Shown here in pieces: positions 48,512 through 63,600 of a stretch of DNA of 64,000 nt. A program made the position numbers and the translations under genes. Source of the stretch: Octopus bimaculoides (Eukaryota); the NCBI RefSeq assembly GCF_001194135.2, contig NC_069000.1, positions 7,062,351 to 7,126,350 of the forward strand, in the 5' to 3' direction. The notes below the pieces were generated by a model. The model did no database searches and was not told the origin of the DNA. It was given only the letters and a program-made list of their open reading frames with translations. The first letter of the stretch is position 1; each line of letters starts with the position of its first letter.

Positions 48512-49734
48512 ATATATAAATAGGTAGGTAGATAAGATAGATAGGTAGGTAGATCTTGCATGTTGATGATGTTCATCGGATACGTATGAGTCTGCATGTG
48601 AATGGCCACACTCACATGCCTAAGGAAAAAGTACATGATAGAGATAATAACAATAATAACATTAATAAATGATAATATTGGCTTCAAATTTTGGCACAAG
48701 GCCAGCAGTTTTGTGGGGTTGGGAGTAAGTTATGCCAACCCCAACACTCAAGTGGTATTTATTCTATCAACACCCGAAAGGATGAAACGCAGAGTCGACA
48801 TCAGCAGCATAATAATAAATAATAATATTAACGCTAATTAGAATTGCAGTTTCTACAAGTTTCACATTACTATATCTTGGTAAAGGAAAAAAAACAAAAC
48901 AAAAAAAAACCCAACCTCATAGTGATAGCAGTGTAAAGTCTGTTTTAATTGTTCACACACATACACACACACAGATACATATATGTAAAATGTTGTTAAA
49001 CAGGAATACTTCATATATATTATAATGTAATCTAATATATGCATGCNNNNNNNNNNNNNNNNNNNNNNNNNNNNNNNNNNNNNNNNNNNNNNNNNNNNNN
49101 NNNNNNNNNNNNNNNNNNNNNNNNNNNNNNNNNNNNNNNNNNNNNNNNNNNNNNNNNNNNNNNNNNNNATATATATATATATATATAATAATATATAATA
49201 ATCATACATGGAAGATACATGTGGATATACAAGTCTTAATAATGTGTGTGTGCACGCGTGCACACACACACACAGATAGATTGAGTGTATGCATGTATGT
49301 ATAATTAGCAACAAATACACGATTTTACATCTTGTGTATCTTTATCTAAAACTAATCCCTGACAAATCAAAGGCAGATTAATAATGATGATGATAAAGAT
49401 AACGAAGATGATGATGATGATAATGTAATTGCCACAGCAACATCATCATCATCATGAACTTCAAAGAATACATTTAATAATAGTAACAAGACACAAAACA
49501 GTAAATTGACTAGATTTAACATTGGTAACTGGTGTTGTTGTTGTTATGGTGGTGAAGTAGAAAGAGAAGGAGAGAGAGAGAGAAGAGGCAGGTGACACAG
49601 TGAAATCCTGAACAAAGAACATTTAAGTCCAAACCCAGCTGAAACACACACACACACACACATTTATAAATGCACTTGTGGAGTTGTCCTCAATCCAAAC
49701 AACAATAACAATAAGATAAACAAGCAACACATAC

Positions 49735-49779
49735 CTGGACACTGGATCTCACATATCTCCCTCCCCAATGCCAACACCA
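49735..49779 (-). other. candidate upstream GSE1 exon (45 nt, coding phase 1-1 or 5'UTR)
   Basis: Long polypyrimidine tract plus aag acceptor and CAG|gtatgt donor. Open as VLALGREICEIQCP, in phase with the exon at 44018. Confidence 0.45.
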
Positions 49780-50554
49780 CTTTAAAAGACAAAGGAGAAA
49801 ACGAAGGGGAGGAAGAGAGAGAGAGAGGAACAGACAGAGACAGAGAGAGAGAATGTTGTGTGTAAATCCTTCTGCCTTGAAAGAAAAGTAGTTAAGGAGT
49901 GGGGGGAGGGGAAAACCTTAGTTTGGTCCCTTGTGTAAGTGTATGTGTGTGTGTGTGCACGCGTGTGTTGCTCCTCTCACTTACACCACCACCATGTCTG
50001 CCAGCTATAAGAGGTTATCATTCTAAAAAAAGGGGGGGAAGGGGAACCCTACAGTGTTTGTCTGCCTGCTTGGGCACTGCTGCTGCTGCTGTGGTAGTTG
50101 AGAGGGGGGGAAGGGATAGGAGCTTCCTGCCTGTGTATGTATTGGAATCACAACTCAATAACAGCCAACAAAGAGGATGCAGAAAGAGAGAGTGGGAGGG
50201 GGGACGACGATGATGCTGATGATGATGATGATGATATGTGATAATGATGATGACGATGGTAATGATGTTGACAACATCAGCAGCAGTAGCAGCAACAACA
50301 CAAAGAGATTAGCAGCAGATGGTTGAGAGACAGTTGTAATAAACCCTAGAGGAAGGGGAGAAGGGGGAGGAAAGGCTATAGACGGAGGCGGAGGAGGAGG
50401 GTAAGAGTTATAAATTTGATAAAATGTCAGAGAGAGAGAGAGAAAACAGTGAAGTTCACCTCTGACCCTGAAAGTATCTCAGCTTTTATTTGGAGGTGGT
50501 GATGGCAAGACAAGGATATATATATACGTATCCATCTCCTGCCATCACCACCAC

Positions 50555-50607
<53 letters not shown>

Positions 50608-51101
50608 ATGTATTACACTTACACACACACACCCGTTCTGTTTTATAATTTCTTTTTAGTATTGGAGGGATATGTGAATGTGTTTTAATGGCTCCCTAAA
50701 GTAATTTGTGTCAGGAGCCAGCATCACCGGCACCACCATCAGTGTTTATCAAGAGAAGGGAGCCTTTACATGGGGGGGACTCACACATGCTAATAATAGC
50801 AGCTAAATCTCCCTCAAAAGCTCACAGTCTTCAATAAGGAAACACAAGCACACTACACACAGGATTATGTAGTCCTAGGGCTAAATAACATTGATCCTTC
50901 CACACAGTGTAATGTAGAAGCAAGGATTTCTCTTTCTTTCTCTCTCTCTCACACACACACACATACACATTGCTAAGGAGAGTGCTTACACATACATACA
51001 TACATACATACAAACACTGACACATACACAGTGAGTTGTAAAAGATACACACACACACACAGTCGAGAATTGTACATAACTACACACACACATGCATACA
51101 G

Positions 51102-51150
<49 letters not shown>

Positions 51151-52295
51151 CATATACATATATATATATATACCCACACACAAAATAGTAAAGGGCATTC
51201 ACATACACACACAGTGTGTGGTAAGATGCGTGTGCACACACACATCCCGGTGCAAGTGTTAAGGGACACACAGACACACAGTGCAGCCAGCCATGGATGC
51301 AGGAAGCAAGAAAAGTCTCCCCACCACCTGAACACACACACACCACAGTCTCCTCCTCCTCGTCCTCCTCATCAGCTGTGTGACCCCTCTTACTGTGTTG
51401 TGTGATCCCTTTTAGTGGAGGAGCTGTGCAAACACTGCGGCTGTTTACTTGATTTAACTCTTCCCAAGCAGCTTTCAATCAGAATCATTGACAAAATAGT
51501 TGGACAACATGAAATCTAAAATAACCAGAGTAACCATGTTGCAGGAAACACTGCATCGTATAACATATCATCATCATCATCATCATCATTACTATTAATA
51601 AGGCAGCAAAAGTGGTGAGCTGGCAGAATCGTTAGCCTGTCAGGCAAAATGATTAGTGGTATTTCACCCATCTCCACATTCTGAGTTCAAATTCTGCCAA
51701 GGTAACTTCGCCTTTCATCCTTTCAGGGTCGATAAATTAAGTACCAGTGAAAACACTGGGGTCAATGTAATTAACTCCCCCGCCCCCAGATTTCAGGCTT
51801 TGTGTAATCAACTCATCCCCTCCTACCCAGATTTCAGTATAAGGGATTATTATTGTTGTTGTTGTTGTAAAAGGGTGGTGGAGTGGCTTTCATCATCTCT
51901 GAAGTTTATAAAATGAAGTACAAGTCAAGAATTGGGGGTCAATGGAACTGACTAATCCCCACCCATCAAAATTATTGGGCTCCATAGCTTAAATTATTAA
52001 ATATTTCTAGGGAGCTGAGTTGGCAGAATCATTAGAATATCAGAAAGAAAGAAAAAATGCTTTGCAGTCTTTGTTCTGGCTCTTTACATTCCAAGTTCAA
52101 ATCCTACTGAGACTGAATTGGCCTTTCATCCTTTCGAGCTTGAGGAAATAAAGTATCAGTCAAAAATCTTAGGCCCTATGGTACTGACTAACTCCTCACT
52201 GCCAAAGACCGTCACTTTGAGTTTCAATCAGAATTACCATTATTATTATTAGTAGCAGTGATGAGGTACCTGAGAAAATGGCTCTCAGTAACTCT

Positions 52296-52354
52296 ATGAT
52301 CTAGTTCCTCGATGATCTAGTTCCTCGATGATCTAGTTCCTCGATGATCTAGTT
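52296..52354. repeat. 16-bp tandem repeat, about 3.6 copies
   Basis: atgatctagttcctcg. Confidence 0.9.
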
Positions 52355-55300
52355 TCAAACCCACTGGAAGCAACTAAGAATTTTATTCCCTTGGAACAAT
52401 AGAATAATTAGTAATGTGGGGATAAAGACAAAAATGACTATACTTTACAAATTCATGGTTTGGCAACAATAACGGATATGAGTAAAGTAGTACAGCACCC
52501 AGGTTGGGTGTCTCGGCTATCTGGGTGGGCTGCCTGGATAGTGTTTCACTTTCTGAATGTGACACCTTGCTTGTTACTAGACCTGCTTCAATAAGAATAA
52601 CTTTACTTGAGAGGTGGGTGAGACTGATTAAGTTGTAATCATCACTGAGAGCCAACTCTAACTACATATGTTATTTTTAACACATCATTGATTAAAAGGA
52701 TATAATTAACACTATGAGGGCTAAGATGGTGCCTCTGAATTCTTGATTAATTTCAAATTTAATTGAAACAAACAAATATGGTTAATGAGTACATTAGTAG
52801 ATGTGTAAGTAGACAAGTGTAGATTGGATAGGTAGGTATGTAGGTAAGTGAATATGAGGGCCAATAGGTAGGTGACAGGTGAGTTAGCTCTGCTGGTAGA
52901 TGCTGGCTCCCTAATTCATGAATTCATGTAAATGTTGTTTTTTCAACATCAGAAATATTGGTACCAGTAATTACAAACATTGTCTCCACCAGCAAATCTC
53001 AAATGTGGGTACCTGTAATTACTATACATAGGCTACAGGTGTCTAAATTATAACAACAGATTGTTTACACTTCAAAAAGTTCTCCAGCTGTTTGCATTTT
53101 CTTATTATTCCCTTTCACGGTAAAACCCTTAATTAACTGTAGTAATCCCCAATAAGACATATTTTAATCTCTGTCGCAACAAATTCAGTTTGTTACATCT
53201 GATCCTCAACCTTAAACTACAGTAATTACACAAGCAGATATGCTTTTCACATTTATATCATAAGAATCTTTGTTGTTTGAGCTAATACTTAAGCATACAT
53301 CCACTACACACATACACACACAATTGGTGTCGCAAGCTGCTTTTGGAGGTTGAGGTTTGGATAATCCTATAATGCTGCTTATACATCCCCCCATCAACAC
53401 CACACAGAATCTTCCTTGTAAAACTAAACTGCCCTGTAAGCTTTAGCATTTCTTGTCTTGTTCTATGAATAAGTTTGCTAATGTAACAACACACACTATG
53501 TCTGTCTGTCATTATATACACACTCATACATATATCAACTGATTTAAATACATACACAGATACAGAATTTCCAAAACTAAGAAAATACATATATATACAT
53601 ATACCCCCCCCACTCTAACATTTAAGCTGAACATGATGCTTATATTAGCAACCAATGCCATCTATTGCTGACATTCAAAAGAGCAAATATAACAATGTCA
53701 AAATCACAGGTAAATATGTTAGTTTGTTTAGAGTGTCTCAAATATAATGGACAGAGACAAAACAACAACAACAACAGCAATAATGGTATCAAATTTTGAC
53801 ACAAAACCCAACACTTTTAAAGGAGAGTGTAAGTTGAGCACATCAACCCCAGTGCTCAACTGGGACTTATTTTAACGACCCAAAAGGATAAAAGCTGAAG
53901 TTGAGCTCAGTTGAATTTGAACTGCCACTATTACTACTACTACTCCAGCTACTACTCTTGATACAACTACCGCTGCTGCTACAACTACTATTTGTTAATT
54001 ACTCTACAAGATCTCTATAATTGTATGCCAGAATATCTACAGTTCTTGGCAAGTTAGAGGTGTAAATGGTTCCAATTGAATAATTTTGGCTTAAATGGAA
54101 GTAAAAATCTTCATCTCTACAACACCAACAAGAACAATAAATGCTATTGAATGTGATTATGAATTGAATTCACCTGGAATTGTGAATTCAATCCTGACCA
54201 AAGCAGTAAAGGTGAAGGAGACCACTTCAACTGAAACTTTTAACCCTTCCATTACAAGCATTTTAATGAAATATGCTTGTTCAATAAATTTTCAAAATAA
54301 TTAACTATCTGGGGGGATTTACTGCAATAAGAAACTTATTTTCACTTCGTCAATCATTTGGACATTGACAGACTATGTGACTGGTTTTAATTGAGGAAGG
54401 AATATCATAGAATCAAGTCAAGATGCATGGCTCAGTGGTTAGAGCATTGAGCTTACAATTGTGAGATTGTGAATTCAATTTGTGGATCAGGCTGTGTATT
54501 GTATCTCTTGAGCAAGACACTATTTCATGTTGTGATGTCACAGGTGCCAAGCTGTATCAGCCTTTGCCTTTCTTTTGGAGAGGGGAGACTGGTATGCATG
54601 GGAGACGGTTGGTTTTCCGCAAACAACCTTGCCCAGACTCATGCCTTGGGAGGGAAAATTCTAGGTACATATGATTCATTGTATCCCAGTTGTTTCACCT
54701 ACCCAGTGAAATTATGGTAAATGTGGCAGATAATTCTTCAAATACTGGTGTTCATTAATATAATCCTTGGGTACTATCAGTAATCAAGATGTTACAGTGA
54801 GTAACACAGCTGCGACTGACTTAGGTAAAAATCCACCCAACAGACTTTCATTCAGTTTCTGTAGACTTAATTTCACTTTGATGAATGAATATCACCACAC
54901 ACACACACCTCCTTAGAGTGAATACCAACATTAGCATCCACCTGCAAAGATTTACTGCAATTTCTGATCAATGTTGTTAACACCTGTTTCAAATGCTCTT
55001 CTTCCTCATTTAACAAACTGACAGCTATTAAAGAAGGCATGGGCAACTTTCTTTGAGAAGCTGGCAGCATGAGACATACCTCATCATCAAGTAGGCCACA
55101 CTACTAAAAGAAGTCTAAGTAATTTTTTGTTAGGCATACCATTCAGAAAATGTCACAAGCTACAGCTTGCATGTGGCTGTATTCAAGCTTACCATACAAA
55201 TTCTAAAGACAGGGAGGTAGACGACCAGTAACCCAACAAAACCATATAGAAATAATAGAAGGATGTGAAAGTAGGATATCACAAACCACACCATTCCTTA

Positions 55301-56445
55301 TACTTGCAAGAGGAATTCTGCAGAAGTTAAGTGGGATACTGCAACTTTAACCTGGTCTGTATTTGTTACCTGGGCAAAATTTAATCCTAGAAATATAAAA
55401 CCCCATCATTGAGAGTTTTTTTTGTTTTGTTGTCTTTTAAATTAATGATTAATCATGAAAATCTTAATATTCTGAAGCCCAACAAACATCCATGAAGATG
55501 GATTAAATATACCGTCTGTCTGTGTGTCTCTCTTCCTTTTAAAGAAAAGATTAGTTATTAATAGGGGGGCAAGGAGGGGGAGAGAAAGAGGTGCATATAA
55601 TAGAGCAGGTGCACCACCATGTCAGCTGTATGTGTGTATGTGTTTATATAGATGTGTGTTTGTATATCTATGCGTGTGTCCCCTTCAATATAAGCACATA
55701 TACATTTGAATATTTCAATGTTAGACAAGTGCAAGTGTATTTCAAGAGAGGACGTTGCTGGGTGGGAAAATGTGCAGCGAAACTTCATCTGCTTTGTGTT
55801 TTTGCATCTGCACAGAAATGTGCATTTACTTATAGATAGATTTATTATAAAAGCTGCTATCAAGCACAAATAGTAAGAGACAAAAATAGCAAAATGGAGT
55901 TAGACAAGTAATGGTTTGGACAGGTTTACTATTAACACTTTTTAAGAAATAAGGAAAAACAAAAAAAACTCTACACCTTTTTTTCGTGCTCTCCATCTTC
56001 CCAAGACACCCTTAAACTTATTTAATCCCTAACCTTGTTTATAGCTGACCTTTGATCTCACAGGGAAACAACTTCTAGTATATTCCATCTGTGTGCATGT
56101 GCACGCATGTACACATGCATAAAATCATCATCATCATCATAATGCCCACTTTTCCTTGATTGCATGGATTTGATAGGATTTGTTGACAGATTTTCTATGG
56201 CTGGATAGATTGATAGTAATATTTCCTCCATGACCAGACATATTTTTGCAGAATACCAGAAATGAATGACACAGCTTCTATGACAGTGAAACTCATTTAT
56301 AACTAACATGCAATGTCAAGACCATTACATACACACACACAAAGCCTTGGGTCAACCTGGGGTTATAATGAAAGACATCAAAGTGCCACACAGTGAGACT
56401 GAACCTGAAGCCATTTGAACTTCTCAATCACACAGTCACACCTGC

Positions 56446-56554
<109 letters not shown>

Positions 56555-58180
56555 CACACTAAACGTTCTAAATATTGTAAATATACCCTCTAAAGATCAG
56601 GTTAAATAGTCTGGAAAATTATAATATTAATGAGCTGGAAGAAGTTCTAGGAGTTATTACTGGACGTCTGTGTCTGTCTCTCTCTCTCTCATGCAAAAAG
56701 CAGGCTGTAATGAAGTAAATGAAAGATGTGTAATGTTGCATGGTAACGAGAGATGAGGAGTTGATTACGGAAGTGCAATGAAATTAGAGAAGTGAACTGT
56801 GAACGATCTGTTGGATGTGACATGGTTAAGCTGCATGGAAGGCTGAGCAAACAGCTGGGAGGGAGAGGCAAGTGGACTGATAGAGGTATGTGAAGGGACA
56901 ACACCTGCTGAGTAGAGTGGTGGTGGTGTGTGTATGTGATGGAGACAGATGGTGGAAGGTATTGAGACATAGTTATATTTGCTGCAGGTCAGAGACAATG
57001 GAGCACCTTACAAGAAGTGAGAGGTGCTTGATGAAGATAAATCAAACTCATCTCTGCAGAAGGAAATGATAGAACACCATGATATACATACTTGCATGCA
57101 CACAGATACACATGCACTTACATGCATATATGCAAATACACAGATGCACATACACACATTTTAGCAGTTCGGCAAAAGGGACCAACAGAACAAGTACCAA
57201 AATTAAAGAGACTAGAGTTCATTTGTTAACTAAACTAGGGGTCCCCTAAATGGTCAATACTGACCACTAAGGGTGGGGTGTCTATAGGACTATTCAAGGG
57301 GTTGATAAATGCCTGGAAACTGCACATCTACTTATTATTGTTTAAAAGTAGAGTTTTCTTTATACCTGCAACTGAAGGAGTGTATATGTTGTGCATACCT
57401 TCCCTTGAAGGTAGTGGCTTGCAATGCCATTGGATAGTGTGAGGGTGGTTTCATAGACAATCGCTCTTGAGAGACAGGATCCTCCCAGTGGGCAGTTGGT
57501 AGAATTTCAACAATTACAAGTTGGGGTGTGTACCAGAGGTTGTGGAAGTATGTGTTTGTGTCTGCTGTAGCATGTGATGTTAGAGGCAATGTTGCCAAAG
57601 CAGGACTAATTGGCCACAACATTGTAGGGGTTGAAAAGTTTATAACATGTACGATATAATACATGTGTGTGTGTGTATGTATGTGTGTGATAACATATAC
57701 ATACAGATATATATTTGTGAATGTGTGAGTGTGCATAGCAGTCTGTATATATTTTTGTTACCCCAAAACGGAATCTTTCATTATGCCAATGAAATTGAAA
57801 ACTAAAATTCTATAATCACCAATTATATTTTGGAACGTTATATAACCAATATTTTACTAAGTTATAGGCTGACCCTTTCAACTAGAAGTGATATAATTAA
57901 TAAACCATAACACATTAGAATAGGTCCTTTTAAAGTAAAAAACAAAAATGATGCTTGACTATTTTTTTTTTAAACCCCTGCTTTTTCCTTTCTGACGCCC
58001 CTCCTCACCAACTCCATAGTCCATGTGATAAAAGGGGAATTAGTCATCAGCTATTGACACTGAAAGACAATCAGATTTACTTCCAACTATTGAAATGACA
58101 CACATTTTTGGTAAAGAAACAGTGTGATGTGTAATGTTTGGAATATGACAGAGGAGGAGGAGGAGGAAAGATTAGAGATG

Positions 58181-58245
<65 letters not shown>

Positions 58246-58677
58246 TAAAGTACAGAAGCAAAGGAAATCTGCCAGACCAGTAGCTACTAATCCACACACA
58301 CACACACAAATCAGTATTTATATAAAACCCTGCTGCAGAAAGCAAACATAAATATTGTTTTACACAACAACACACTGCAGAGGAAATGTAATTCACATAC
58401 AGACAGACAGACTCTCACACTCACACACACACACACACAGAGTGAGTGAGAGAGAGAGAGAGAGAGNNNNNNNNNNNNNNNNNNNNNNNNNNNNNNNNNN
58501 NNNNNNNNNNNNNNNNNNNNNNNNNNNNNNNNNNNNNNNNNNNNNNNNNNNNNNNNNNNNNNNNNNNNNNNNNNNNNNNNNNNNNNNNNNNNNNNNNNNN
58601 NNNNNNNNNNNNNNNNNNNNNNNNNNNNNNNNNNNNNNNNNNNNNNNNNNNNNNNNNNNNNNNNNNNNNNNNNNNNN

Positions 58678-58753
<76 letters not shown>

Positions 58754-60345
58754 TTGAGCCTAGGCATGAATTTGTAAGCAGCAGCGGAGAGAGAGAGACA
58801 GACAGACAGAGGGGTAGTGGAGTGATTACACACAAACACACACACAAGCCTAGGAGAGGACACAATACAGCAGAAGCACAACAGTCACTCCCATGGTTTG
58901 TCCTGACAACTATGGAGAGAGACAAAGAGAGGGAGAGAGGGAGATATGGTGTCTATTAAGACTACCAATATTACTAGTGTTAAATGTAATGTTGGTGACC
59001 TTGTTAATACAACGCGTGCGCATACACACATGTGCATACACACACATACATGTGTGCATGTGCGCGCGCACACACACCATAATAACTACTGCCATCAGCA
59101 TAAATAGCTGTATCTCTGGCAACTAAACACCACCACCAGCACTACCAGTATGTCACCACCACCACTAGAATGGGTAGAAGGGACAGTCAGTTGATCTGCT
59201 AGAAATACCAGCCCGTTCTCCCTCAGATCATACACACCCTACAATTTTACATAAGGGACACACTGGATAATGTTGTCTTAGATAACCTTAAACATAAGGT
59301 ATAGTGACGGTTAAATGCTTTCTGATCCAGGCTTGCTTGATCAGGGCTGACCTGGGGTTAAACAACAACAGCTACATTATATGCTAGTAATTTTAAAACA
59401 ACCAAATCAGAGATTATATAGAAATATACTACTACTACTGCTGCTGCTGCTACTACTACTACGATGACAATGACAGCTGCTACTGCTGCTGCTAATATTG
59501 AACAACAGCAAGTAGAATATGGCTAAATGGTTTAAATGTTGAGGAACTGTGAATAAGAAGAGGGCTGAGTTTGGACAAACTTCCCTGATGGTATTTATAT
59601 AATGGGTGGTCAATAGGTAGGTATCAATACTTACATTAATAGAGCTGAAGGGATTGTAGGGAGCAAGAAAAGGGGAAGGGTAGAGCTACTTTAAACATTC
59701 CCTCCCCTCCCTCCCTCCCTCATGTCCCACACTCTACGGCAGCTGAACTTAGGGAAACCCAGCTGAAAAGTGTAGCCGCATTGTTAAGTTTAATATCAGA
59801 GATAATCAGAGCACCTGTCGTGTGTGTGTGTGTGCATGCGCGTGTATTTAATCAACTCCTGTGTGTACTGGATGGAGCCAGATTGCTACAGCTGTCACAC
59901 ACTACCACCCTGCTATTACCCAGCTAACCCCCCCCTCTATCAATAACACTTGTCAGCTATATTATATGTGTATGATGTTACCCACAAATACTCCATGCAC
60001 AGCAAACCTGTATTTATTTACCTTTTGCTCATTTCACTCATTAGACAGCAGCCATGCTGAGATACACCTTAGAGGGCTTGAGTCGAATTGACCACACCCT
60101 TGGTACTCATTTTTTAAAAATTTTAAACTGGATTACTTATTCCATTGGTCTCGTGCCAAACCAACTCCAGTTCTTAACCATTGGTGATGGACAAACACAA
60201 ATAAACACATGTTTAATTTATATGATGGGCTACTTTCAGTTTCTGTCTACCATATCCACTCACTAGTTGTGTACCGGGATAAATGCAATCAACTGTACCC
60301 CTCCCTCAAATTTCAGGCCTTGTGCCTATAGTAGAAACGATTATT

Positions 60346-60696
60346 ATTACCTCCGCTTTAGCGAAGGCATTGTTTTTAGTGATGTTTGATTGTCTGTGGA
60401 CAAGATATCTCAAGAACTGCCAGATGGATTCAGATGAAATTTTCAGGTATGTTTGGCCTTCTAACTGGCACAAAATGATTAGATTTCGGGATTGATCCAG
60501 TACTGGACAAGGATTCTGGATTATTTTTCCTGTTTTTTTACTTAATTTTTTGAGAGTGGTTGGATTCAGTTTTAGTATTCTTATTTGTGAGAGCAGTTGA
60601 GTTTATTTCAGATATTCTCATTTCAAAAATCATCTCTAATCGTTGTGAGGACGTTGGTGTTGCCTTGGCAGAGGTTTGCGCTCTCTGAGTGCTCTT
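60346..60696 (+). mobile_element. non-autonomous HINE/DINE-1-like (Helentron-associated) element
   Basis: Starts attacctccgc and ends ccttggcagaggtttgcgctctctgagtgctctt; subterminal inverted repeats and T-rich flanks. Confidence 0.55.
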
Positions 60697-63600
60697 ATTA
60701 TTATTAGTATTAAGGCAGCAAGTTGGTAGAATAGTTAGCATAGTTAGCACCACTATCATCCTCACCTTCTCTTCTAAAATGTGAGTAACCATGTAGCTAC
60801 CCTTTAGCAAGAAACCTGTTCTCTGCTGGCCCCTTCACATTCACTTGAACACCTCATTCTACAGTATAAAGCAGCTTCCTTCTCTTCTGCAACCCAACTC
60901 AGTCTTGCAATCTGCATGGCAACTTCACTGGTGATGGTGGCATGTAAAAAGTACCCAGCACGTGCTGTAAAGTGGTTGATGTTGGAAATGGTATCAAGCC
61001 ATAGAGACTATGTCAGATTAGACAATGGAGCATGTTGCAGTCCTCAGACCCATCAGATCCTGTCAAACCATCCAACTCATTGCCAGTTTCGAATATGGAC
61101 ATCAACTGATAACAATGCCAAAGCACACACACACACATACATAACTCCTATCTCTGAAAAAAAATCTGGTCCTTATACTGTCCCTGTGACGGTATTGTGG
61201 AAGAGTGTGTATAATTAAACACTTTAGCCCAAGAGTCAGTTACTCTCAAATGTGTCCAGTAAGAAATGAACTGACAAACTACCAAACAACTGCTGTACAG
61301 TACTGTCCCACTACCACAGCATATTAGAAATTGTAGAATGAATTAATGGAAATAGTTTATGACAGGCAGAAAAGGAAGAAAAAAAAAGCCTCGGATTTCT
61401 GAAAGAAGAAGAGAAGAAGACTGTGTGACCTGTCAAACATGTCACACACAAAAAAAGATGACACGAAGGAACTTGGTAATTAATTAACCTTTATAATATG
61501 ACTGCCTTGATCTACTGACTGCCTGGCCTGCCACTTTTGTGGAGAGAAATAAAACACAGATGATCTCTTCTGTAAGATAGATATATCATCAACATTACCA
61601 CCACCACCACCACTATCATCATCACTGTTGTTGCTGGCATGGACTGAATGAGACTAACTGAAGCAACATTCTAAGGTTGGATGCCCTTTTTGATGTCAAC
61701 CTGTTACTTTATTCTCTGACTTAACACCAACTGCAAAAATGCCAGATGTACTATTTCTGTGGGGCATAAATATCATCTCCATTTGATTATATATCTATAG
61801 GGAACCTTCACCCTCTCTCCTATTTCTTAGTAAACTATCTCTCTCTCCCTCTTACTTTGAAAGCAACTGTAGGTGGTGGCAGCAACAGTCTCCAGTCAAA
61901 TGTTCCCATACACGCACGCACACATACACATCCTACACAGTGAAGATATATTCACAATTTGCACAGCAAAACAAACATTTGTGTACATGTACATAGATAC
62001 ACGTGGGTGTGTATTTATGACCATTGTATTGGGTTAAAATGACAGCAGCACAACAGATAAAGTGTCTCTTTTACACCTTCAACGTTATCATGTGTCATTG
62101 AGCAGTCCCTTTTGTTCTTTACTGCAATTTTCCGACAACTCCCTTCAAATGTTGATTTATAAAACATTATAACAGAGAGAGCAGACAATCCAGCAAGAAG
62201 ACATCACAATTAAAAATAAATTGATGAGCAACATTCGTTAGTGTCAGATAAAATCCTCATGGTATTTCATTACATCTCTATGTTCTCACTTAAATCCTAT
62301 CCACTCAGGTGGACTTAGCCTTTTTCCCTATCAACATTGATAAAATTAAGTACCAGTCAGATACTAGGTCCTGACATAAATGACTATATACCTTCAAAGG
62401 TGGTGCCTTGGCTATCCCAACATCAACCGTTGTTGGGCTGCTACGCAGGGTACCAAGCCCACTGTAAAAACACGGATGTTCAAAGTCGAGGTAACCAACC
62501 AGAACACATACCAAGATGAAATCAAACAAGTGACACGTGGTCACTTGACATGTTAAAAATAGCAGCCAATCCTCCTTCAAACCACATCCTACCATTTTGA
62601 AAAACGGAAAACATATTGGATAATTTAGTTCAAGTTGCACTATACCAGGGTGAGGAGTGGACATGGAATGGCCATGGGTGTTAGCAGGCTAAACAACAAC
62701 ATAAAAGTCTTCAAGGGGTTGCCTTTTATGAGATGAAGCTGGATTACAATATTGGATCAGTAAGTATATAGATACGGAGAAGATCATAATTGGAAACCCT
62801 GTGTGTGTGTGTGTGTGTGTGTTATAGGAATTGGTCAAGAGACACATTGGCTAGGCTATATAGATTTAAATGTACATTTTGGTTGACAAGCCTTGGATGT
62901 CAATCAACCTTGGTTAAAGGTAATAATACTTTTAGAATGGGTGATTCCATTTTTGGGGAGAGGGAAGAGAGAAAAGAAAAAGAAAACAGTGAACTGGTGG
63001 AAGAAATGAAGAGGAAAAACAAAAAAAAAAGAGGGAAAAATTTAAGAAAAGAACAAAACCAGTTTTTAATGAACTTCCTGTTTGCAGAGATACCTTTGTG
63101 GAAGTAAACAGCTTAATTATAGATATAATTAATTAGAAGTAAATTAACAAAAGGCAGAATATGACACAAACACATAGTGATTATTTAAGGATCAAAGGCA
63201 ACAGGGTTTCCAGAGGTGGAGGGGAAGTGGAGAAAGAACTCATCTTTTATCTTTTACTTGTTTTAGTCATTGGATTGTGACCATGCTGGAGCATGCATCC
63301 CAACACAATTCTTACACTCCTAAGTCAGATACTTCTATCTATCCCTTTTGCCAAGCAGCTATATTACAGGGACATAAACAAATCAACATGAAATAAAGGT
63401 TGTGTGTGCAGTTACATTAATGTTTATCCAATAGACTTCTGATTTCACTCACAAGGTTTGAACATGTGGCCCAAAATTGGGATTGAAACTGATACCACAT
63501 GATCATGAAGGAAAACTTGTTAACCACACACTTATACCCACATGTACAGCAGACATCATACACAAAAGAAAGTAACTCTATTGAAACCAACCAACCTGAG

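Noticed and set aside
51080-51478. ORF with a DEEDEEEE acidic patch
   Set aside because: The acidic run comes from a GGA triplet repeat and the rest is microsatellite; no supported exon boundaries
57335-57736. 133-aa minus-strand ORF with two GT donors, a possible upstream GSE1 exon
   Set aside because: Starts in a microsatellite, has no convincing acceptor and no recognisable motif
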